A stretch of DNA of 64,000 bases from assembly GCA_051362555.1 (NCBI GenBank), contig CM120647.1, positions 11,756,651-11,820,650 on the forward strand, in the 5' to 3' direction. Below, one piece after another: positions 25,918-36,955 of the stretch. Under the pieces are notes generated by a model. The model worked only from the letters and a program-made list of their open reading frames with translations, did no database searches and was not told the DNA's origin. This DNA is from Lingula anatina (lineage: Eukaryota > Animalia > Brachiopoda). Position 1 is the first letter of the stretch; the number at the start of each line of letters is the position of its first letter. Made by a program: the position numbers and the translations under genes.

Positions 25918-28882
25918 AAAACTTATTTGCAATATTAAACAAAATTTACCTGCATAATTATCACTGCTTCCTTATTATTAATCTAGCAGAGAGCTTTACC
26001 TTTGGGAGTTTACAGGGAAATATCAACAAGTGTGCTTTATGTAATCTCATTTAATGGCCTATTAAGGCAAATGACTTTATAACTCTGAAATTAATCTAGT
26101 GATACCCAAGGGTAATTTACAGACTGACCCACTCAAAGGTCTTTAGGCCCATAAGTCACACTTTAAGAAAAGCACAAAACCATAATGCCCAAAATAGGAG
26201 ACTACCAATCCTGATGCAATAATACATTATGTTTAACTGCACAGTCAACATCAACTTATGTACAACAGGTAACACAGACGAAATTAAAAGCATAAGGCTT
26301 CAGGCCCATCGGAGTTCAAGTTTATACTTAGAAAGTGCCAGAATGAGAAAAATGAAAATTTCACAAAAAATGCATAAATTCAATAAAAATGATAATCCAA
26401 TAGAGCTGGTTTTCTCATATGAGCTGAAGGCCAATCCTAAAAATCGTACTTGTAAGTTAAAAATGATAATAAGTAGCACAGTATTCTTTTCATAATGTTT
26501 GCAGTAGCAGTGCAAAAAGATTGTTGTCAATTTTGATGTAACATTACATAATAAATTAGAGAATAATTATCACCAATTTTTGTTTATTGACTATAAATAG
26601 GATGGACATGTAGAAAATATGATTACCATTCGGCTTCATGTTCATGGGAGCTCTGAGTCCCACAATGAATATGCCAAAAAGATAATGAATATTACACTAA
26701 AATGTATAGCTTCCAGAAAAAGAAGCCAATTAGACTGCTTTTCCAACTCAGGCTGCATTTTAGTCCTGTGTTTCTTTTTTGAAAGTTTGACAGTCATAAG
26801 TAACACAGTTTTCCCATAATGGTCATCAAGGCAGCAGCACCCAAAATTGTGTTTTCTTCTATTTTGATGCAACATTACATAATGCTTAATGGCATAATGA
26901 CCATCGATTTTTGATAATTAAATATAAGTGTCATGAATTTTCAGAAAATGTGACTAGCATGGGTCTTCAAGCCCGTGGAGGTTCTAAGTCACACCTTGGA
27001 AATGACAATATGTGAAAAATTACATTTTCACAAAAAACTGTTTAATTGCCAGAAAAATTTACCAAACAGACTGCATTGCCTACTGAAGCTGTATTTTAGA
27101 CCCATGTTTCTTTCCTGTAAGTTTGAGAACAGTAATTGACACGATTTTCCTTAAATGGTCATCATGGGAGCAGTGCCCAAAACAGGGGTTTCTTCAAATT
27201 TTGATGCAACATTACATAATGTTTAACAGCATAATGACCATCAATTTTTAATTATAAAATATTAGTATAAGGCATATTCAGAAAATGTGACAAGCAAAGG
27301 TCTTCAGGATCATGGAACTTCAAAGTCATACATTGAAAATGCCAATATGTGAAAAATTAAATTTTCACAAAAAAACTGCTTAACTACCAGAAAAATTTAC
27401 CAAACAGACTGCATTGCCTACTGAAGCTGTATTTTAGTCCCATGTTTCTTTCCTGTAAGTTTGAGAACAGTAAGTGACATGACTTTCCTTAAATGGTCAT
27501 CATGGGAGCAGTGCCCAAAATAGGGGTTTCTTCAAATTTTGATGCAATATTACATAATGTTTTACAGCATAATGACCATCAATTTTTAATCATAAAATAT
27601 TAGTATCATGGATATTCAGAAAATGTGACTAGCAAAGATCTGCAGGCTCATGGAACTTCAAAGTCACATCTTAAAAATGCCAAACTGTAAAAAAGACAGC
27701 ACTGTTCTGAAATGGGTTTATTTCCATTTTAACACTTTTTAAACAAAACAAAATAAACAGTATACTTCCATTTTTATATGACCAACTAAGAAAATTGATG
27801 AGATGGGAAAAATATCAATAGAACAGTGTTAAATGTCCAATTTCCTCCATTCTGAGATTCTGAACATAGTTGATGATTGAATCTAACAAACTGCAATATG
27901 ATATGATATGAGTTTATTTCCATTTTTGACACTTTATTACACAATACACGATATCAAGTTTACCATCATTTTTACATAATCAACTAACAATGTTGTAAAG
28001 ATGCAGGAAATATCAAACAAACACTTTTACGTATCTTATTAGTTAAATAATGAGACTGTTAACATGCCTAATAATTGAATCTGAGGAAATGTGAAAAAAC
28101 AGTATAACTTCTTAAGTAATGGCCCGATTATGCTTATTTTCGAACTCAACCTGCGTTTTAGTAAGATTGACCACTCCTGTGAGTATAATTACAATTGGCC
28201 AATCCATTTTTCTTATATTGTGTTATCAGTGTTGCATTTATATTGAAAATAGTGAAAAAACAGCATAAATTACCTAAAAGTGACCCGATCATGCTGATTT
28301 TCGAACTTGACCTGCGTATTATGAATATTCATCAGTTCTGTAAGTTTCAAGTCAAAAGGTAAAATGGTTTTCCACTTATCATGTTATCGGTGCTGCATAT
28401 ATGCTGAAAAAAGTGAAAAAACAGCATAAATTCCCTAAAAGTGACCCGATCATGCTGATTTTCGAACTTGACCTGCGTATTATGAATATTCATCAGTTCT
28501 GTAAGTTTCAAGTCAAAAGGTAAAATTGTTTTCCACTTATCGTGTTATCGGTGCTGCATACATGCTGAAAAAAGTGAAAAAACAGCATAAATTCCCTAAA
28601 AGTGACCCGATCATGCTGATTTTCGAACTTGACCTGCATATTATGAATATTCATCAGTTCTGTAAGTTTCAAGTCAAAAGGTAAAATGGTTTTCCACTTA
28701 TCGTGTTATCGGTGCTGCATATATGCTGAAAAAAGTGAAAAAACAGCATAAATTCCCTAAAAGTGACCCGATCATGCTGATTTTCGAACTTGACCTGCGT
28801 ATTATGAATATTCATCAGTTCTGCAAGTTTCAAGTCAAAAGGTAAAATGGTTTTCCACTTATCGTGTTATCGGTAAAAGTGC

Positions 28883-28913
<31 letters not shown>

Positions 28914-30923
28914 CGGCGACGGCGACGACAGACGCAGATGATGGCTATATGTACAGACACATCTGTGTCTGTACATAAAAACGGATTGGCCAATTGTAAT
29001 TATACTCACAGGAGTGGTCAATCTTACTAAAACGCAGGTTGAGTTCGAAAATCAGCATAATCGGGCCATTATTTTAGAAGTTATACTGTTTTTTTCACAT
29101 TTCCTCAGATTCAATTCTTAAGCATGTTAACAGTCTCATTATTGAACTAATAAGATACGTAAAAGTGTTTGTTTGACATTTCCTGCATCTTTACAACATT
29201 GTTAGTTGATTTTGTAAAAATGATGGTAAACTTGTTATCATGTATTGTGTAATAAAGTGTCAAAAATGGAAATAAACTCATATCATTGCAGTTTTTCAGA
29301 TGCATTCATCCACTATGTTCAGAATCTCAGAATGGAGTAGTTGGACATTTAACACTGTTCTATTGATACTTTTTCCATCTCATCAATTTTCTTCATTGGT
29401 CATATAAAAATGGCAGTAAACTGTTTATTTTGTTTTATGTTAAAAAAGTGTTAAAAATGGAAATAAACCCATTTCAGAACAGTGCTGTCTTGTTTACATT
29501 TTGGCATTTTCAAGGTGTGACTTTGAAGTTCCATGGGCCTGAAGACTTTTGCTAGTTACATTTTCTGAATAACCATGATACTAATATTTTATAATTAAAA
29601 ATTGATGGTCATTATGCTGTAAAACATTATGTAATATTGCATCAAAATTTGAAGAAACCCCTATTTTGGGCAGTGCTCCCATGATGACCATTTAAGGAAA
29701 ATCATGTCACTTACTGTTCTCAAACTTACAGGAAAGAAACATGGGACTAAAATACAGCTTCAGTAGGCAATGCAGTCTGTTTGGTAAATTTTTCTGGCAA
29801 TTAAACAGTTTTTTGTGAAAATTTAATTTTTCACATATTGGCATTTCCAAGGTGTGACTTAGAACCTCCACGGGCTTGAAGACCCATGCTAGTCACATTT
29901 TGTGAAAATCCATGACACTTATATTTTATTATTAAAAATCGATGGTCAGTATGCTGTTAAGCATTATGTAATGTTGCATCAAAATAGAAGAAAACACAAT
30001 TTTTGGTGCTGCTGCCTTGATGACCATTATGGGAAAACCGTGTTACTTATGACTGTCAAACTTTCAAAAAAGAAACACAGGACTAAAATGCAGCCTGAGT
30101 TAGAAAAGCAGTCTAATTGGCTTTTTTTTCTGGAAGTTATACATTTTAGTGTAATATTCATTATCTTTTTGGCATATTCATTGTGGGACTCGGAGCTCCC
30201 ATGGACATGAAGCCAAATGGTAATCATATTTTCTACATGTCCATCCTATTTATAGTCAATAAACAAAAATTGGTGATAATAATTCTCTAATTTATTATGT
30301 AATGTTACATCAAAATTGACAACAATCTTTTTGCACTGCTACTGCAAACATTATGAAAAGAAAACTGTGCTACTTATTATAATTTTAAACTTACAAGTAC
30401 GATTTTTAGGATTGGCCTTCAGCTCATGAGAAAACCAGCTCTATTGGATTATCATGTTTATTGTATTTATGCATTTTTTTGTGAAATTTTCATTTTTCTC
30501 ATTCTGGCACTTTCTAAGTATAAACTTGAACTCTGATGGGACTGGAGCCTTATGCTTTTACTTTCGTCTGTGTTACCTGTTGTGCATAAGTTGATGTTGA
30601 CTGTGCAGTTAAACATGATGTATTATTGCATCAGGATTGGTAGTCTCCTATTTTGGGCATTATGGTTTTGTGCTTTTCTTAAGGTGTGACTTATGGGCCT
30701 GAAGACCTTTGAGTGGGTCAGTCTGTAAATTACCCTTGGGTATCACTAGATTAATTTCAGAGTTATAAAGTCATTTGCTTTAATAGGCCATTAAATGAGA
30801 TTAGGCAAAGCAGACTTGTTGATATTTCCCTGTAAACTCCCAAAGGTAAAGCTCTCTGCTAGATTAATAATAAGGAAGCAGTGATAATTATGCAGGTAAA
30901 TTTTGTTTAATATTGCAAATAAG

Positions 30924-30973
<50 letters not shown>

Positions 30974-33761
30974 AACTGGAAGATTAAATGTTTGAATAGC
31001 ATCTTCATTGGAATTATATTTACCTCAAGCTCTGCCAAGGGGGTTATATTTTCACCCCTGTTTGTCTGTCATCCACATAACACAAAAAGTTATGGACCAA
31101 TTTTGCAGAAATTTTCAGGAACTGTCGGAAGTGGGCCAAAGAGGACAATGATTAATTTTTGGTGGTGGTCCGGATCAATAATCAATCAATTATCAATAAT
31201 AATCAACAATTGCTGCTTTGGCAGAGGTCTGCACTCTCAAAGTGCTTTTCTAGTTTTGTTGTTTTCCTTTATAATTTTTTCTCAAACACTTGCATTTGTG
31301 ACTTTTAACTCTCATCTGCCTGGGGCTCGTCAGATTTTCTGTATTTCTACATAAGCAGTTGTATTGTTTTTTATGTCTTTAAACATTATGTAATATTATT
31401 TTATGCACTGTCATCATTTTTCAAATATTGAGACTTTCATAATGTGAATTTGAACTCTCATGGTCCTGAAACTGTAATCTTATTGAAGGGGTGGATTGAG
31501 ACCATCTTCTGGGTCTTCCGGAAGACAGTCAGGTTATTAAGTTTATATTGACTGGTATCTATTTTTTTCTGTTGGAAGACCATCAAAATGGAGGATGGAT
31601 CAACATAGATACTTTGTAATACTGTCAGAAAATACCTCTGGGTCTGCTCCTGTTATTGACCATGTTACCCGTTGTGCAAGATTAAAATTCAGTGTTGACT
31701 GACAGTGCTATTATAAGCATTATTTATTATTGCATCAAAATTGAATGACCTTTTTTGCATCTTTATTTTCTGTTTTTTGTCTGTACATTTGACAGCTTTG
31801 CTGCCTTGTTTAGATTTTTTTTTCACTTTTAGCAATATTGATGAAGTTCAACAGCTTCATTATGAGAGTGAATGAAAAATTACAAACTAACTATCATTAT
31901 TATTTCCAGTGCCCAATGTAACGGATATACATCCAGGTCTTGTTGTCCATATTGATGCAAATGATGATGAAATCAAACCCAAGGTTCCCACTAACAAGAA
32001 AAGTAAGTAGTGTGACATCTGAGACCTTTGTACAGGGTGAAACCTGATAGAAAAAAAAAAAACAACTATTCTTGGGGGCAGTCTCACTGGCAAATTAATG
32101 ACTGCCAAAAATAACTGAGACTATTTGATTTTTGTCAAAGGTATTGGTAGCTTTTGGCTTAAAGTTACACTTTTGAACAATTATTCATTTTGTTGCTTTT
32201 GTGATACCATGTGCCATTAGATTAAAGTATGTGAAGCATGAAATTATCCATGGACAGATATGACAAAAAAGGAAAGTGAATTAAAAAAAATATCTTAAAA
32301 AGTAAAGAATACTTACAAGTACCGATATGCAAAATACTAGTATTTGATTGTCTTTCTCCGTCTTTTCCTCAGAGAATGACTTACAGGCTAACCAAGATGG
32401 TGGCATTGAGATAACAGATGAACAAATAGGAGTCATCATGGTGATAGTCATTGTTGTCATGGGGATACTGCTCTGTGTTGTTATTGTTATCTGTAGAAAA
32501 TCAAAGAAGATATACAGGAAGAAACACCCACTGGAGGAAGGTAATTTTGAAATAAACTGGAAATGAGATAATGTTATTTTTTCACAAAATATTCTTTAAG
32601 ATATTCAAAGATAAATTTCTATGTCATTATGATACTTGTATATTCAGTCTGCACTGGGTCTTGTGTTGTTAGTGCTTGAAAATGGTGCTGACATCTCATA
32701 GTGAGTATATGTGACTATTGTAAAAAAATAGTTTGTGACAAAAATATTAGTTTGCTACCAATTAACAACTACGTAACTCGTTACTGGTGAATCTATTTCA
32801 ACTATGTCAACTTATGATTTTGAAATGCAGTGGTTTAAGCTGATATGTATATCAGATCTTGTTTGATATGGTGTGTTATGAAAGGAACAAATATGAAAAA
32901 AATAGTAGAGGAAATATAATTTTGGAAATATTTTGTATTTAGTCATGTATTTGTTAAGTAGAGATGAATGTCCTCAGGATTTCTCCAGAAATCTGGATAA
33001 TATTTGTGTTATATTTTTGCTCCCTGGCCCCCACATATGGGTATTATTGGCATTTGAAATTGTCCAATTTGTTTGAAAGGTCCACTTGCATCTGGCCAAG
33101 CAAGAACCAACAAAAATATAAAAATTGCTGTTTATTATCAAGGGGGTTGTGGGGTAAGAAAAATCAAAATTTTATCATGGACTTTTTCGGGGGGGGGGGG
33201 GGGGGAGGGAGGTAGAAATGATTGATGAAATGTTGCCCTTGTTTGTTATATATTGCTACATGTTGTTATTTATTTAGACCACAATGAGCTTGTTGAGTGT
33301 GACGACTTCAACATGGAAAGGCAGAGGTTGAAACCTGAAGACCTGCAGAGGATGGAATTAACGGAATACAAAACAGAGGGCAAAGGTTTGTTGTTTTATT
33401 TACATACCAGGGGCGGATTTAGGCCGTCTTCTGGGTCTTCCGGAAGAGGGTCAGATTTTCAAGTTTACATTGATGGGTATCTAATTTTTTCTGTCAGAAG
33501 ACGGTCAAAAATGAAGGATGAATCAACAAAGATAATTTGGAAGACTGTCAGAAAATATCTTTGGGTCCGCCCCTGCATACTGCTTATTTAATCACATGTT
33601 AATTGATTAATTTTATTTTTTATAATGCATGAATGAATTTTCTAAACACATTTTAAGAAAATTTGTATTGAACCTTCTGTTTTTAATATTTAATTTTAGG
33701 AGAAGAAGAACCAATGATGCTGCAGTCAAATACTAAGACAGGTGACTCAGGTGAAGCATAG
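23553..33761 (+). CDS. Uncharacterised type-I single-pass membrane protein, 6 exons, 203 aa
   Basis: Exons 23553-23627, 24016-24121, 31910-32002, 32373-32540, 33278-33385 and 33700-33761 (612 nt, GT-AG, phases 0,1,1,1,1). It has a signal-like N-terminus MAIGVSGAIFIARIFFVILLFQKYLVFSA, sequons NYT/NGS/NVT, a TM helix IGVIMVIVIVVMGILLCVVIVIC, a basic stop-transfer RKSKKIYRKK and an acidic tail. Confidence 0.8.
23848..23893. repeat. (CA)n microsatellite
   Basis: Seen directly. Confidence 0.95.
25578..25806. mobile_element. Small unrelated Helentron-type element carried inside the HINE (mirror copy at ~31019-31253)
   Basis: CTAGAAAA-GCACTTT-GAGAGTGC hairpin, subterminal ACCTCTGCCAAGG, GACA repeats, and ACCTCCTTGGCAGAG...GGT at the far end. 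Confidence 0.6.
25855..25912. repeat. (AT)n microsatellite inside the HINE (mirror at ~30925-30971)
   Basis: Seen directly. Confidence 0.95.
28255..28876. repeat. ~4 x 161-bp internal tandem repeat of the HINE (about 3 copies in the outer element, 24521-25020)
   Basis: ATGAATATTCATCAG at 28321 and 28482, continuing at the same period. ACCGATAAC at 24521, 24682 and 24843. Confidence 0.92.
33408..33575. mobile_element. MITE with CAGGGGCGGA TIRs and 5-bp TSD
   Basis: catac|CAGGGGCGGA ... TCCGCCCCTG|catac. Related copies lie at ~24145-24240, ~25185-25340 and ~31490-31652. Confidence 0.85.
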
Positions 33762-35608
33762 GTGGCGCTTTAGGCAAGAGAAGATATCCTGTATAGATGA
33801 CTGTTTTCCTTAAAGGAAAGACAAGACACAAATTGGCTTGGTTGTATGATGCTTGACAAATGGTCGGTGGATACAGATTTATATGTACTTGGTATAAATC
33901 ACAGATTCACTAATACCATATCCACTGAAATGATTGACTATTCCATGTTAATGTGCAATAATTTTAAAGGCATCTTAACACATGATATTATTTTTAACTG
34001 CTTTTCTGATGTGTTGAAGAAAATTCAGTTCTCTTGTTAACTGTTTTAAATGTGGATGAAACAAAAGTTTGCATAATATTCTGACCAAACCAACTAAAAG
34101 TGTGGTGAAATTCAAGATATTTTTTTACTGAACTTATGTTAGTTGTTCCATAAAGATCAAGCTCTGTTTTTCAATCAGGGGTGTATTTAAAATAATCAGG
34201 TTTCAAATTAAGTGTTTTTTTTCTAACACAGTAGGTGTGTGTGAATCTTTTATTCATATGATAATACAGAAAAAACTTGATATTTTCACCCTTAAAAGAA
34301 AAAGCTTTTGATATATTTTCAGACTTGGTAAAAATTCTAATTTTTTAGATGTTACATGGATGTTTTTTTCTTACTCTAGATGAAAAATGGAGAAAATATG
34401 TATATTTTCAGATATTACACATCCTTTTGATTAACAGTGATATTTTGAACTCCAGATATTTTAGGAAAGCTGAGTATAATTTTGATATTCTAAGCCTCAT
34501 CCTCATTGTGTGGTGAAATACTGATTCTTTACACAAACATGAGCTTTTCTTTAGAATTTTAAAATTATGCGTAATTTTGAGATTTTTTTGTATAACTCTG
34601 ATGAGTCCTGAGGATCCTGGGGGGGGGGGGGGGGCAGATGTTTAATTATTTTGTCTGGAGCCAGTTTCTCAGAGAATTTTATAATCTATCCCTTAATCTG
34701 TCACACCGTGTAACTTTCGTGAGGAGAAGTCAAGATGAGACACAACTTATGCATATCAGTTATGTATAGATAGATATTTATAATTCTTTTATTTTTGCCT
34801 GTTTTTGTTACTCTTTATTTAGTCAACTTACACTAATTGGTTTGTGCTTTATCATGGCATTGATTTGTCAGTCTGAACCAACTTACAATATTGATATTGT
34901 TGTTATTATTATCATTATAATTGGTTTTACTCTCATATGAACAATGTGGTGTATTTCAATTATAGCTCTATCATTATTATTGCATAAATATACACTTTTA
35001 TTTTAACTTACTTTAAATAATTTGCATTGGGTCAGACATGTTATGTGGATTTGACAAATGTTTTGTGTTCACTTCAAAGATATTGTAAACTTACATTTTA
35101 TTACATTTTGTACTTATTTTTGTGCATTTGTCAATCATATCACAATTGAATGCTTTACTTTGTGCAGAGACTTTATGAGCAGTGAACTTAAATTTTTGTT
35201 GGTGCGCTTCATTTCCTTGTAGCAAAAAGAAACTATTCTGAATTTATGTTATGGTGCTTATATGCTTAGATCTATATTAATTATGATATATGTTTGAAAA
35301 AAAATATGTAGGTAAAGTTTTTTCTACCCTTCACATTAAAAGATGTTTTGCACCTATCTCAGCATTATTTTCCAAAGTGTCAGATGTTTTTGTGTATTTT
35401 AGTAGTATATTTTACTGTAATCCACTCATTTTAAGTAGCTTAATTTTGGTGATCCCATAGAAGTATTAAGACATTGTAAGTAGAATAAGAGCAGTCTAAT
35501 GCATTGTTTTCATTTTATAGCAAAATACATGAGTTTTACACTCTATACCTCACTCATGGTTGTAATATTTTATGGTAATATCTGATGAAATATTAAAAAT
35601 ACCAAAAA

Positions 35609-35611
<3 letters not shown>

Positions 35612-35674
<63 letters not shown>
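35612..35674. repeat. (AT)n microsatellite
   Basis: Seen directly. Confidence 0.95.
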
Positions 35675-35675
<1 letters not shown>

Positions 35676-36955
35676 TCTGAATATGCAGTTTTAGCCATAT
35701 ATGCACAGGATTTATGCTTCTGTGTTGTATATAATTACATGCAGTATTAAAATTTAATCAAAAGGCATTTAAATTAATGAGATATACTTGCCATGGTCAA
35801 AGCAGAGTTCAGTTAAATTAAAGGGAATCTGAGATTGAATTAGTTAAATGTTGTGTGGGGATTGTGAAGAAACCAACACCCTACTTGAATATTATTGTGT
35901 TAGGTGAGACTGGTGCGCCTGGAAATGCGTTTGTTGTTAACGCATCCGGCACACCTCGGCTTTGTGGATGCTTTGATGACGGTGTCTCCTGAAATGTTAC
36001 GCCGTCCAACAGAATCACCTGATTTATGCGTATGAGGTTATATAGTAACAACGAAATAAAGCGATGTTAATACCACACTAACTGTTGTTTTACGACTTGT
36101 ATATGCCATGTAATAATTGTCTAAAATTACGAGTTAACGTCGTTGGAAACGTTGCAATAACTATGATGCACCAAAAGTGTCCAAATGTACCGAAAATTAC
36201 CTTCAATGAAAACGCGTACAATATGGAGCCAATTACTATGCTTTTTAATGCTTTGATGGACGGGCCCATAGATTGTAGTCGCTTTCGCACGTGGGTGTGT
36301 CGCGAAGAATTGAATCGATGAAATTGTTTAACAAAGATAGGGTTTTTCAGTAGTCGGTAAAAATAGCGTATGCAACGAAATGCATGGTGTTTGCCCCCTA
36401 CCCTTTTGGTATTTGTTTTACTTACTAAGCACTGATATATGCAAGGTTGTGACGTTACATGCACTTTCTGTCATCGTGAATATGTGTTCCATTAAGTAGT
36501 GTTTGTAAACATTGTTGCCCCCGGCGCTTGTCACCCTTTGCAAAGCTGAATTAACTGGCGATGCATGTGCCGTACGCGGTACAGGGACTGAACATTTCCT
36601 GTCCGAATTCCACCTCTAAATTTGCTTCAGTATATGGTTTGACAGAAAAATCGAAAGCTTCGTTTGGCTTAGTTGCTTCAACGCGTTGGAGGAAAATTGC
36701 GTGAAACCAGCGTAACGTTTCTATTCCCTGACAAGGTTAAGTCTTGTTCAGATACAGACCGCAAGATAATTAGCAACCGTACTGAACAGCATTTAGGGGC
36801 CTACTTTCTTTAATTAAATTCTGTGAACTGACAGCTGCACGCAACCACATATTTTCAAATTTGGCTATTTTCAAACACGCTCAGCGCTATTTTGGATTGC
36901 TACTCAAATAATTCGCATCACCCTGTATAACGCTAAAAAGATCGTATCGGCATAG

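Larger units (their letters stand above)
25023..28976 (-). mobile_element. HINE/DINE-1-like element, inner copy (3954 bp) nested in reverse orientation
   Basis: Same termini as 9027-10509. Removing it restores ATAAG|AAAAACGGATTGGCC, which matches the uninterrupted homologous sequence at ~28195-28220 (reverse complement). Confidence 0.88.
24425..31810 (+). mobile_element. HINE/DINE-1-like element, outer copy (24425-25022 plus 28977-31810, ~3.4 kb)
   Basis: Starts after a T-run with the palindrome ATGTACAGACACAGATGTGTCTGTACAT, a (GTC/GCC)n microsatellite and 161-bp tandem repeats. Ends GTCTGTACAT-TTGACAGC-TTT-GCTGCCTTGTT. No TSD. Confidence 0.85.

Noticed and set aside
25023-31810. Single foldback transposon with 3-kb TIRs
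   Set aside because: There is no TSD, and the junctions are fully explained by one HINE nested inversely in another.
34598-34620. Hammerhead ribozyme core (CTGATGAGTCC..GGA)
   Set aside because: It lacks the required GAAA after stem II.
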